The notes below the pieces were generated by a model. It was not told the DNA's origin and did not search any database. It was given only the letters and a program-made list of their open reading frames with translations. Of a stretch of 64,000 nt of DNA, positions 1-12,800 are shown in pieces. Origin of the DNA: Callorhinchus milii (taxonomy: Eukaryota); contig NW_024704743.1 of assembly GCF_018977255.1 (NCBI RefSeq), positions 50,222,001 to 50,286,000 on the forward strand, in the 5' to 3' direction. The position numbers and the translations under genes were made by a program. Each line of letters starts with the position of its first letter. Position 1 is the first letter of the stretch.

Positions 1-1052
1 ACAGAAAGCACAGAGTGGTAGTAAACAGTTGCTTTTCTGACTGAAGGAAGGTGTGTAGTGGTATCCTTCAGGGGTCGGTATTGGGACCACTGCTCTTCCT
101 GATCTATATTAATGATCTGGACCTGGATATAGGGAGCACAATTGCCAAATTTGCAGATGATACTAAGTTAGGAAAAGTAGTTAATGGTGAGCAGGATAGC
201 ACCAGACTCCAAGAGGACTTACAGATTGGTAAAATGGGCAGAAACGTGGCAGATGAGGTTTAATGTGGAGAAATGCGAAGTGTTGCCTTTTGGTAGGAAG
301 AATGAGGAGAGGCAATATAAGCTAAATGGTGCAATCTTGAAGGGGCCAAATGAACAGAGAGACCTGAGGATCCACATAAGCAAATCTCTGACGGTGGCAG
401 GACAGGTAGATAAAGCTGTTAAAAAAGCATATGGGATACTAGGTTTTATAAATAGGGGCATAGAATTCAAACGTCAGGAGATCATGTTGAATATTTATAA
501 AATGCTGGTTAGGCCTCAGTTAGAGTACTGCATTCAGTTCTGGGCACCGCACTTCAGGAAAGATGTTAGGGCATTGGAGAGGGTGCGAAGGAGGTTTACC
601 ATGATGGTACCAGGAATGAAAGACCTTAGTTATGAGGAGAGGTTAGCGAAACTAGGATTATTCTCCCTAGAGCAGAGAAGATTAAGAGGGGATTTAATAG
701 AGGTTTTCAAGATCATGAGAGGATTTGATAGGTTGAATCTGTTTACACTGGCATGTGGGTCAGTAACTGGAGGACACTGATTTAAGATAGTTGCTAAAAG
801 AAACTGAGAGGTTACGAAAAAAATTTCACTCAGCGAGTTGTTCGGATCTGGAATGCATTACCTGAAAGGGTAGTGGAAGCCAAATCAATAATAACTTTTA
901 AGAGAGAAGTAGATGGGTATTTGGGAAGAACAAGATTTCAGGGCTATGTAGAGAAAGTGGGTCAGTGGGATTGAGTTGGATTGCTCTTTTTGGAGCAGGA
1001 GCAGACACGATGGGCCGAATGGCCTCTTTCTGTGCTGTATGAGTCTATGAAA
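1..1052 (+). mobile_element. CR1-clade LINE, 3' part of ORF2 and 3' tail (degenerate)
   Basis: RT motifs [18 protein letters not shown] and KFADDTK, C-terminal LVRPQLEYCIQFWAP and RRLRGDLIEVFKI, frameshift, tail gatgggccgaatggcctc...ctatga. Confidence 0.93.
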
Positions 1053-1980
1053 TCCAAGATTAACTTGGTGAGATTTGAATTTGTTTTGGTCAGTCAGGTC
1101 TCTTGACACTTGCGGAATACCATCACCATGCCTTAAAGTATCCAAACAAGACTGAGAGATCCACAGATGTATAGATATTTCCCTGTGTCTGGAACAAAGT
1201 GCGACTGGAAAAGAGAGATGTAAATGTAATGAAGGTAAGAAAGATTGGCGCTTCTAAGTTCCAAGAGAACATTTTAGAAACATTAAAACTTCTTCAAGTG
1301 CCTCACAGTAATTACTGTCATGGTGTAGTGACTGTTTTGTCGGCAAATCGAATAGTCCCACAAACCATTTGACATATCATGTATCAGGCACCAGACTGTA
1401 GATCTCCCTGGTAAATCAGCCGAAGTGGCTCATCAAGGTACTGCAGAGGCACAGCACAATGACACAACAGAATGCAGAGAGTCGCATGCAATTGTATATA
1501 AGATGAGCAAGTCTCTAATCTTAATCAGGTCTGTCTCAGTGAGGTAGTTAAACTGTATGGCTTCAGTAAGGCCAGCTCTTGCACTCCAACCTGTGGCTGA
1601 ATACACTGGTAGAGACTTCCAAACCGTTCATCTGCAAAACACTTGGGAGGGTGGAAAAGAGAAGGAAAATAGCTTTCAAAAGGTTAAAAAAATTAGACCG
1701 TGGTTAATTAAGTTACATGTCACAACACTCATTTATGAATTGCATCTGCCTTATGGCTTGAGGGCCATTTTATTTTACTGAAAGCAATAGTTTGTTGTTT
1801 CATGCCTTTAAGAAATGCTCTGTACTTGAATGATAGTTAATGTGGCAATGCAGCCAACCTGAATGCAAACGCAGAAATCTTTAAGCTATGGCATGATCTG
1901 GACATACTCTTACAACTATTTCTCAGAGGCAAGGTGGGATTCAAGAATAAGTCACACCCAGGAGCAGGTTAAAAAGAGCA

Positions 1981-1986
1981 TTTATT
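1981..1986 (-). terminator. UBE2QL1 candidate polyadenylation signal (3'UTR about 1.3 kb)
   Basis: AATAAA on the minus strand at the end of a U-rich, repeat-free stretch. A second candidate is at 2519-2524. Confidence 0.4.
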
Positions 1987-3251
1987 TGCTGTCAAATATG
2001 ATATTTTCTTCTTTTTTTCATCTTTCTTTGCCTTTTACATTTTTTTTTCAAATACCTGGCCGCCAAAAAAAAAGTACAGAAACACCAACGTTTGCGCGAT
2101 TGAAAATCACCCGCAGTTTTTATCAAATTTGGTTCATTGAGGGTTTTTTTTTCAGTCAGAATACCCGTCACATGCTGAAAAGGCTACGCATTTGGCAAAC
2201 CACAAATAAATTAAACAGAAAATAAACACAAATGTCATTACCACTTGACAAAAATGTAACAGCTCTTGACACAGAACAAATGATAGCGACATTCTTTTAG
2301 AAAACTTGAAAACTACCAACCACAGAGTCCTTAAACATGCAGATACAGAAAGAATTGAAACATCTGAATCATTAAGACATGTTATGTAACGCAGGATTTT
2401 TTTCATTTAACATCTCTGCAGCATCTTAAAGCTACTCCGCTACAATCTATCATGAGCATGTTGCTTTCCCTTTACTCTGACAAACATCTGATGTACAATT
2501 CTACTATTAACCCTGACATTTATTTACCACATAGGCACATTAACCCTGTGAGATTGTGGTTTGAAAGACAGCAGTGATCACTGTGAGAGACAGTTTTCAT
2601 AAATAATGCACAATGATGTCAATCAATACTAAGCAATGCTGGAACACGTTCCCTAACCCTCCCACCCCACACTCCCCCTCCCTACTTTCATCTCACTGGA
2701 TTTCAAATGAGAACAGTTTGCTTTCAGTGATCGATGAGCAGCTACACGACATGTAGAACTTCTAATTTTAGCCACGATAGAGCACAGCTCCACAGAAATT
2801 ACAATCTTCAAGTTGCATTGACCTGTGAAAAACAGCACAGCAAAATGTCAACCACTACTTGTCACCCTGGGTGTTAAATATTAACTGCTTCACTTCGAGT
2901 TGAAATGAGTGGCGAGGCAAATGCAAGGTCTATCTGATCTGTTTACCACCAGCATGGAGAGAAGCAGTAGGATGGGAAAATGATGCAAACACAATGCAGT
3001 ACAGCCGAATTCAGGTGAACTCAATCCGTCGTCGAAACAAGTCTTCCATTCCCCTCCCCTCCCACCCCAACCCATCACAAAAAAGAAATCCCTTTAGGCG
3101 ATTATCCGTAAACATCTCCGTTCATAAATAACTTAAATGTCTCCTTTGTGTCACCATGTCTAACTGAAGCTTAAATAGAAAGAATGGATCGTACACAGCA
3201 CTGAGAAGATGGTAGTGTTTTTGGGGCTGCAGACATTGGGAGCTCTGTGGC

Positions 3252-3383
3252 TCAACCATCGGACACAGGAGGAGTAACCCAGCCATATTTCTCGTGCGTC
3301 TTCACCAAACTTTTAAACGTTGCTTCTGCTTCTTTGCGGGTGAAGGATTTCTTTGTCTTCCCCAGTTTCCTGCAGATTCGTCC
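3252..3383 (-). CDS. UBE2QL1: UBE2QL1 coding exon 2 (43 aa + stop)
   Basis: Acceptor ...gacacag|GGA at 3384/3383. Manual translation GRICRKLGKTKKSFTRKEAEATFKSLVKTHEKYGWVTPPVSDG* matches the recalled UBE2QL1 C-terminus. Phase 0 fits exon 1; total protein 310 aa. Not in the ORF track. Confidence 0.96.
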   Translation of the reverse strand, partial: GRICRKLGKTKKSFTRKEAEATFKSLVKTHEKYGWVTPPVSDG

Positions 3384-3549
3384 CTGTGTCAGATAAAAGA
3401 AGCACAGTATCTAATGAAAGAACATTTTTACATCAAACGGCAAATCAATAAAGTAATTATTGTCAAGTTTAATGACTGTTTCTGTAGGCAAATATGGCAG
3501 CTATTTTACAACAGCCATGGGATAAATGATAAGGAGAACTGTTGGTTGG

Positions 3550-4385
3550 AGGAGGAGAGATAGGGAAGGAGAGGAAAGTGAGATGTGGGGAAAGATAGGG
3601 AGGGGGGGAGAGAGGGGGGAGAGAGAGAGAGGAGAGGGGGAAGAGAGAGAGGGGGAAGAGAGAAGGGGGAGAGAGTGTATACATGTGAGAGGTAAGAATG
3701 TGGGAGTGAAAGAGAGACTATGAGAGTGATTGAGAGAGGGAGAGAGAGCAGAGCGATTGAGAGAGGGTGGGAGAGGGGGAGAGTGTAAGAGGTGGAGAGA
3801 GAGAGTTTGAGGTGGGAGGGAGTGAATGTGAGGGAAAGAAAGAAACAGAGAGGCGGGTGATTGAGATAGGGTGATTGAGAGGGTGACTGAGATAAAGTTT
3901 GAGAGGGGATAGAGAGAGTGTGTGTGGGAGAGTGTGTGCGAGAGAGAAGGAGAGAGAGGGAAGAGAGAAAGAGAAGGGGAGAGAGAGTGATTGAGAGGGG
4001 GAGATGGAGTGTGAGAAGGGAGATATGGAATGTGAAAGGGAAGAGTGTGTGAGAAGGGGAGTGAGAGAGAGAGTGCGTGAGAGAGAGGGCGGTGAGGAGA
4101 GAGTGTCCTCCCCCTCCCTCTCTCTGTCCCCCTCCCCCTTCTTTCTCTCCCCCTCCCTCTACGCTCTCTCCCCCCTCCTCTCTCCCTCTCCTCTCTCTCC
4201 CTTCTCCTCTTCCCCGCTCCTCTCCTCTTTCTCCCCCCTCCCCTCTCAGCTTGCTCCCGCTCCTCCCTTTCCCCTGCCTCTCTTCCCCCCCCTCCTCCCT
4301 CTACCCCCTCCTCTCTCTACCCCTCTCTCTCTCTCTCTCCCCTATTCCCCCTGTCTCAATCCCTGTCTCTTGCAATCTCTCTCCC
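3550..4385. repeat. GA-rich tract (3550-4103) followed by a CT-rich tract (4106-4385)
   Basis: Low-complexity sequence with an abrupt purine-to-pyrimidine switch. Confidence 0.9.
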
Positions 4386-5027
4386 AAGTGCGGGTCACTA
4401 TCTGCAGTGGCAGGAACCAGCTGTTGGTTGCTAAGGACACGGTTGGTAAGAGACACGCTTGCCTTCCTGACAGACTGCAGTAAAGGCCCAACCACCAGCT
4501 CCTGTCGCTGCCCTGGGAGGACGTTCACCAGGGAGGGAGGGAGTGGAAGTTGGAATGGTGGCAATGGTCTCGGGCCAAATGCAGCCCGTGAACCTTTCCT
4601 AAGTAGGGAATGCAGCCCACGGCAGCCAAAAAGTTGGATCTCCTTGGCCTAACCGATGAGACCCGAAATATAACTCAATATGCTGAGACAGAATTTCTTA
4701 CTCTACACTAGAACAGAGATAATCTCCAAAGCTTCGCAAAAAATATTTTGCAAATAAACAAAATTTTCTCCAACGATAATTTGTAAAGCTACCAGTCCTT
4801 AAATAATTCTGTTTTCAAACTTGTGGCAGGATAAATATTGTGCTGTCCTGTGTAGTGTTTCTAAAATGTCATCTACAACTATACATGACAGATCACAATG
4901 AGAACAAGCAACAAACACGAAAGAGTTTAGTTTGTGTTGCTCATTGCACAGAACTTGGATGCTAATCACATATTAGGATGTTTCAAGTACTTTGAGATGT
5001 CCTACCATTGTGAAAAAAACGTATCGT

Positions 5028-5735
5028 AACATAACATAACATGTAGGAGAAGGAATAGGCCATTCGGCCCTTCGAGCCTGCCCTGCCATTCAATCATGGC
5101 TAATCTTCTAATCTAACTCCAGCTAATAACCTGACCCTGCCTTAGCCCCATATTCCTTAATCCCTTTTGCAATAAGACATCTATCTATCTCAGTCTTGAA
5201 TATGTTCAAGGACTGAGCGTCAACAGCCCTTTGGGATAGTGAGTGCCATACATTCACCACCCTTTGAGTGAAGAAATTCTTCCTCAACTCAGTGCGAAAG
5301 GGCTGACCTCTGATTTTAAGGTTGTGACCCCTGGTTTTAGTTTCTCCAACCAGGGGAAACAATCTCCCACTATCTACTCTATCATGCCCTTTGATGATCT
5401 TATAGGTTTCTATAAGATCCCCTCTAATTCTTCTATATTCTAGAGAATATAGGCCCAAATTGGTCAGCCTATCCTCGTAACTCATCCCCTTCATCCCTGG
5501 TACAAACCCAGTAAATCTACGCTACACCCCCTCCAAGGCAAGTACATCCTTCCTTGAATAAGGAGACCAAAACTGCACACAGTATTCCAGGTGTGGTCTC
5601 ACCAGGGCCCTATACAGTTGCAGCAAGACTTCCCTACTCTTATACTCTAATGCTTTCATAATGAATGCTAACATACCGTTCGCCTTCCTAATTGCTGCTA
5701 CACCTGCAGACTAACTTTCCGTGATTGGTGTGCAA
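5028..5735 (-). mobile_element. CR1-clade LINE 3' fragment
   Basis: ORF with YEDRLTNLGLYSLEYRRIRGDLIETYKI...KNFFTQRVVNVW and a CR1-type tail. Confidence 0.92.
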
Positions 5736-5949
5736 TCAATGGCGCTATATAAATGTAAATTATATTGTATTTGAAGGTAAACTTATAGTATTTTAGCAAC
5801 TGAGTTGGATATGGACTTTAGTTAAACAATGAGAACTAGTACAGCCAATATTCAGGACTGCTGAGAAGGTGACGAAAGAACCATTTTATGGTAAACTTAG
5901 CGTCCATCTCCATAGGCAGGAAGAACAGCACACAGGTTGGGTCACTAAG

Positions 5950-6116
5950 AATTGACTTCAAGAGCGAACTAGACAAACATCTTAAGAAGAGTCAGCTACA
6001 GGGGTGAAGGGAAAGGGCAGGTAAATGGGCCTAAAAAAATTGTTCTTCAGGGAGCGGACACAGACATGATGGGCTGAATGACCTTTTTCTGTGCCATAAA
6101 TAACAATGGTTCTATG
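5950..6116 (+). mobile_element. CR1 3' tail remnant (similar remnants at about 11880-12037 and 36200-36330)
   Basis: acagacatgatgggctgaatgacc...ttctatg tail, matching the tails of the longer copies. Confidence 0.65.
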
Positions 6117-8189
6117 GGTTTAATTGGGTATGCTCTCCAAGATACTATCCTGTGCGAAGGGAGCTACATAAAGGCAACTTGTTGTTGTTGTTGTCATCCC
6201 TGCTGACTTCATGTTTCTTTTGTGGTATTTTGCAGTTTATTTTGAGTCTCTAATTATTGATAAGTTGACCAATTCTGTATTGCGATGCTCCCATTCTAAT
6301 CTGCCACCACTCAGACCAATACATTTACCAAATAGAAGAGAATAAGACGTGCTCATTCGCTTGCCTGCCCACCAAGTCAGTCAAAGGGTCCACTGATCAG
6401 GGAGTCACTCACTAAGGAGTCTGGCAATACACTAGGTCAGAACATTGCATGCTTGATTTTATTCATCCAGAATTATTAAAAGACCCCAGTAATAATTATT
6501 TTTTAAAAAAAACTCCATTAGCACCACTCTCTCCCTTCCTACAGACTGCAAAGGGCCTACATGACATGGCTTTTACCTTATTTTCATATTATTAACAATA
6601 GAATAGTGATTCAACTGCCAAGGTAAATGCTAAAATGTCAAATTATTACAGTATTAAATGGAATACAGATGACTGCTTCAGTCACTCTGCAATCCTGTCA
6701 AGCCTGTCATATTGTTATGCTGGTAATTCTACAGAGTGTGCTTATACCCATCTCCAGTCTAATCCTGTCTGCTGGGTTGTATGTGATTGACTCACTGTCA
6801 CCTCTGTTACTGTATGACCTACAGGCGAATAGAGGCTGCAGGATTGAGGATACAATATTACAAACAGTTAGAAATACAAATTCTTTTTAAAAAACAAGAA
6901 TGCAATATTTCTTAACGGAATCACCATAAAATTGACCCTATTATTTTGGAAGGGGTCGGGGGGGGGTTAACATTTCATTTTTTGAACACAAATGCCATTC
7001 ACTTAAATATATTCTATTCTTAGTGATGTTCTGTATTCCTGGGGGATGTCAGTGAAACAATTCCTGGCAAGCATTGTTAGTGTAGAAACATCCAGGTCAG
7101 GTGTAGCATGCACAGATACAGAGAAAAGCTCTCGGGCTGAAATACCGGACTGGGTTAGGTGATTATAACAGGAAGCTTTAGTGGCTGACAATGCTAAAGA
7201 CGCTATGCATAATGCCGACTGGCATTTTGGTCCAAATGTGCTTTGATCCCATCAAGAAAACAACACCCCACAATTGCTCCTAACCTATGGATCTGAGTGA
7301 GATGATTCATTTGTGCATATATATGGTCTGTCTGGGATGTGCACTTGTACTACTGGCCAGGTCCAGCATGGCCAGATATGTTTACAATCATCAGAAAAGA
7401 GGAGACTATCATTTCATGGATCTAGAGCTTGGGGTGGGGGGTTGGCTGGTCACCCAGGAGGGTAGAGCACTAGAGTGCTATGCAGTCACAGTACACAGAC
7501 TGATCACTACACAATGGAGTTCCAGATCTTGGCACGCACATGAGAGAGAAGAACAGATTCATGCTCTCCAGTCCAAGATCTTGTCTCAAACATGGGTAGC
7601 TTTTCCTCTTGGCAACCTAACAACTGTTCATCCATATGGAGTGTGAACATACATTATGCAACTATTCAGGACCTTTATTTAAACATTTGTACCCTTTATC
7701 TCTTGCTCTTGATGTGCCTATTATATCTAGTTATTTGTCAATCATTGTAATGGATCAGTCTTAAACAAAATTATATGCACCCTAACCACTGTCCCTATAA
7801 GATAGACTACATTGCATTGTATCTGGTCGTGGGGCAGCCTAATGCCATGAGCAGAAGTTAAGCTCCTGCAAGTTAAATTTAGAATCAAACACATTTTAAG
7901 TGCTTGGAATAAAAGTACTTTGCTAGAAATGATAGTTGCTTTTAGCAATGATTAGCTCTGCCATCTGCTGATAATTCACCTTTATGAACCCATCCAAAAT
8001 CTGTTATAGAAACAGGTAATTTACCCCAGGGTATGATATTCTCCTCATGCTAACTAACACCACAAGATTTTTTAAGGGATCACATAAAGCAGATTAGCAT
8101 GGTACCTAGCTATGCAAAGAAGTACTGAACGCCCTTCCCAAATATAGGAGCAGTATTCTAGAATTGAGGAATTGGAGAGTGAGGCTGAG

Positions 8190-8718
8190 GGTATCTGGGC
8201 CAAGAATGTGTAAGTGCTGCCAGAACCAAGCAAGAAGATTTCAGTCTTGTTGATGTTCACCTGCAGAATGTTGACGTATCGATGTCAGATAGCAGTCAGT
8301 CAGAACAATAACATTCTTGGTATTGAGTAAAGCGAGAGAGCTAGGGTAGGGCATCATAAACATGCATATGGAAGCTAACCCAATGCAAGTGGAAGCAGAG
8401 GATCAATGGTGGTGGACTCGTGTACACCAGAAGTGACTGTGTGGTCACAGAATGAGAAGGGATTGTAGGAGATGTAGTGATGTCCCTGTGGCTGGTAGGA
8501 ATAGAGTCATGGAAGTGCAGTCCACAGAGAATGGTGGAAAATGTCAACAGTGCCAAAGGCATGAGCAGAGAATTCAAGTAGGAGAGATAGTAAGCCCTAG
8601 TCACGGACTGACAGAATGTCACTGTTGACCTTGAAAAGGGCGATTTCAGTGCTGTGGGTGGTTCGAAAGCCTGACCGGATGGTCTCAAATATGGAATAAT
8701 GAGAGAGATGGGAACATA
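8190..8718 (-). mobile_element. Older L2 RT fragment (continues at about 9803-9875)
   Basis: Reverse strand shows a degraded L2 RT (STEIAL and AFDTV-like segments, SFHMHVYDA, NINKTEIFL). The fragment after 9802 resembles YRPISNLPFLSKVLE. Confidence 0.65.
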
Positions 8719-8719
8719 G

Positions 8720-9801
8720 GGGGAGAAATTCCACTTGAGTCTAGATTTACTCTATTTATGTAGGATTTCAGAGTATCAAGTCCTGGATGAGAGCCAACTT
8801 TCTTCAGTTGACACCAACAAGACTGAGGATCTCCTGATTGTCTCCCGTCAGCATCTCCTCACCTCAGGCGCTGACAGCATCACCTCCACGGTTGCACACT
8901 CCACCTTACTAAGCCAGTCCAGGACCTTGGGGTCATGTTTGATCCTCAACTATCCTTTTTACCCCACATTTGCGTCATGACCTGCTCTGCCTTCCCCCAC
9001 TTCCACAACGTCACCCGGTTCCGCCACTATCTCACACCGTAGACCGCCGAAACCCTCATACACTCCTTCATTACATCGAGGCTCCACTATGCAAACTCAT
9101 TGCTTGTCAGCCTCCCCAACTCCTCCCTTCATAGGCTGCAGATCATCCAACACGTGCTGCACGTCCTCTCCCGCACCAGGCTCCGTGACCCTATCACCCC
9201 TCTCCTTGCCCGACTCCACTGGCTTCCCATCACACAGAGGATACAGTTCAAGATCCTAGTCCTCACCTTCAAAGCCCTCCGCAGTCTTTCTCCCCACTAC
9301 CTCTGCGACCTCCGAACCTCCTACCATCCTGCTCGCTCCCTCGGTGCAGTGGGCTCCGGCCTGCTTCATGTCCCCCACCTCGCTCGCCCCACTATTGGCA
9401 GGTGGGTCTTCCACCACTCTGCACCCACCCTCTAGAACTCCATCCCGGAGTCCCTCTGCCTCGTCCCCTCCCTCGCCACCTTCAAGGCCCATCTTCAAGA
9501 CCCTCCTCTTCAACTGTGCTTTTGATTTCCCTGCTTCCCCCCCTGCCTCCACCTTCCCCGACCCCCAACTCGGATCCGTAACTCTGTCTCTCCAGCACCT
9601 TGGGGCATCCTCCTGACGTGAAAGGCGCTATACAAATGTAATTTTTTGGTGGTTGTTGGAAACTTCTTAAATATAGGCTTAATTTTGCAATCAGTTTCTG
9701 TAAGTCCTTCAAAAAATAACAGCTTGGATCCAATAATTTGCCGAATTCTCAGAAATGCTGCATAAATTGGGTAATGTTAGACTCGGGTGAAATTTCTCCG
9801 C
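8720..9801. mobile_element. Non-autonomous DNA transposon/MITE with about 54-bp terminal inverted repeats, interrupted by an L2
   Basis: 8720-8773 (ggggagaaattccacttgagtctagatttactctatttatgtaggatttcagag) matches the reverse complement of 9748-9801 at about 80% by manual alignment. Confidence 0.65.
8774..9660 (+). mobile_element. L2-clade LINE 3' fragment
   Basis: ITPLLARLHWLPITQRIQFKILVLTFKAL; tail ...gtgaaaggcgctatacaaatgtaatttt(tgg/ttg)n. Confidence 0.92.
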
Positions 9802-12800
9802 TGCTGTTGGGTGTCAATGAAATGTTCCAGCACCCTGGCAAGAAAGCGTAAATTAGAGATAAGGCAGCAGGTTGATAGGTATTTGTGAATTCACTATATT
9901 ATAAAGAGGATTGCACCCAGCCCCCCTGCTAAACAATTCAAACATGAGTCAAGTCTGTGTGGGAGTTGGGGTGGTGTGGGATGGCCAATCAGTGAAAGGC
10001 AATGATGCAAAACATTTCAGTAAAACTGAAACTAAATTTTACTCATTGTTCTGACTGGTTTTAAGTGGATAATCACAAGTGTGGGGGTTTGAAGGGTAGT
10101 GAGCAAACCCCTGTTATTAAGGAAGATGAAGAAAATGCAAAAAAAGCATTAAAAAGATGAAAACCTGCAATGGAACAATAAAATAGGAGAGCAAGCTTAA
10201 CAAACCGAGTGGTCTATTTGTAATTGTAGGAGCCTTATGGCCTAGCTTACTAAAAGATGTGCTACATCATTGGTTAAATAGCAATACTCCTTCATGCTTT
10301 TCCATGATAGATTTGAACAGGGGATTTATAGTAATAATAATCCTTGCATTGATATACAATAATAATAATCCTTGCTTTTGATATAGCGCCGTCTCACGTC
10401 ATTGAGACTTCACAGAATATACTGTGAAGCGCTTCACACAATATACTGTGGAATGAATGTGTATTTTGTGGGCGAAACACAATAGGCAATTGCGCACAGC
10501 AGTGTCCCACAAACAGTCGTGGATTGAATGACCGAATATTTTTTTTGAGGTATTATTGCCCCCAGAAAGTGATCCACCAATTAAGCAATAATCAGGTTCC
10601 TACTTACTGTTGGGTAAACGCAAGACGTGTGGAGTAAGGAAACTTGCCTAAGGTTTCACCCTGCCGAGAATCAAACCTGGGTCTCTCACTTGTGAGCCAA
10701 GCTGGCAAACCGCTTAATCTACATTAATTACTTGACGCTAAGCGTGGCACTCGCGGCGGAAGGAGGCAATGAACATGAGTTTACATGAACGCGAATACAC
10801 TTTGCAAACCTCCAATCGCGTGTAGTGATCACCATGCGTGTAAATATCACGTCATGCATGTTGAACAATTACAGGCAGGAGCACCAAGGTCAACGGCAGC
10901 TTAAACATTGCTTGCAGATAGTAGCTAACAGAATATGCAAACTCCAAACTCTCCTGAACCCAACGAGAAATGATATATATACATATATAGAAAGAGATTA
11001 TAGCACTTTATCACCTTGTTAAAATGTCTCAAAGCACTTCACAGGATTTTACTGCAAAAGTTAGTGACTTTGTATTTGTTTGTAAACATGGCAGCTAATT
11101 TGCACACAGCTCATATTAAGTGGCTTAAAGTTTAGAGGGCTTAAGGTTCAGGATGATTTTTCTTCATGTTCCGATGTAAAAAAATGCCGTCATCACATAG
11201 GTGTAAATCGAAGATCAAACCTGTGCCATCTAATGCTTCACAGGATACATTCAAACTTATTTTTAACTTTGGGTTCACTTGTACTGTCATTCGTAGAAGG
11301 ATGGGTTACCTGATGGCGTTAATTAACACCTAATTAGGTAAGGACGAATTGTTGAATTTATTTCCTAAAAGTCAGCTAGAATCCAAAGTCACATGTCAAA
11401 CATTTGCTGAAATGTGGAACTTAATTAACCAAATTAAGTTGAGACACAAGAAAGTTGAAAGTCTCCCTCAGAGGGATCTCAGGAAATGCTGCCAAATGAA
11501 AAGACCCCGTTCTCAGTCCTTCTCAAAGCCTGGACTAAGTAGATTTCTGCTTTCCCAGTTCATCTGTTTATATAACAAACATTAAAGCTCAATCAATCAG
11601 GAAGGTCAGAATAATATCCCAGCTGTCGATTGGAACAGAACTTATATAATGAATGAGAAGCTGTGGTAACAATTTAATCAAAGCATCAGTTTGGCTTCAG
11701 TGGAAATCAGTCAACTTCCATCATCTTCACTCTCACATGGAGTAATTGCCTCTGTGTCCAGCATGAAGTCAAAGCAATATGTAAACATTTTCCAAAGGCT
11801 TCAGCCAGATTTGGCATTCCAGCTTCGTTGGGAAGCTGGCCTCTTGTAGATAATGGGTGGTCCTTTAAATCAGATCCATAATAGGTTTCAAAAGAAAATT
11901 AGATAGATTGTGAACTCCAGGGCAATGGGGAAAGAGCAGATAAATGGGACTCAGACAATCGCTCTTTAAAAGAGCCAACACAGACGTGATGGACCGGATG
12001 GCCTTCTTCTGTACTGTAATATTCTACGGTTCTATGATAAGTGGGTTATAATAATGAATGCACACCTTCATAATGCAAGGCCTTGTGAAACAGTCATTCA
12101 ATAAAGTATACTTGGCTCCATAGTTTCTCATTACCCTGTAGGGTAGTATCAAACAGTGATCTTAATCTCCTAGCTGATGACTGCCACCCCTTCCCCTACA
12201 AAGACTGTGATAGCTGAATCACTGCAGGCAGATATAGATTGAAATCAAGAGTGGGAAGCAAATGGTATTTTGTCTTCAATACTGAAGCGATCAATTAAGC
12301 CATGATATTGCTGACTATCTCAATGCTAAGGTACTGGTCCAAATGAGTGGTGCTGATGTTGGAAAAGCTGATAATGGTGTGAGATTGTACAAGAAAGTTT
12401 GTTCTTTCTTGTGAGTATTCTATAAAGCCAATATTTACTCGCAACAAGGAATATTCCAATCTTATCCGTCAAACGTTAAGATGAAAATGCATCTCTTGCT
12501 CCTGGGATTAGTACAGTCCAAAGCCAAGTAGACTTGCTGAGAACATGGCATACGTCCCTTCTATAGAACTGGAGTGACTGACAGGCTGGTGATCCTTTAC
12601 ATGATCATCACTGGAGCATCGGTGCCTCTCATCAGCTTCCAGTGTTTAAGCCAAACCTCCATGTCTGTCTGAAGCACAAGATCTGCTGCACTGCGACAAT
12701 GAGGTTGATAAGGTGCTCTTCTTTACAGAGATAAAGTACTTTGTGCCTGGCTGCGAAACATAAGCATTTTGTGACAAGTACTGCTCTCTATCTTTTGCAG

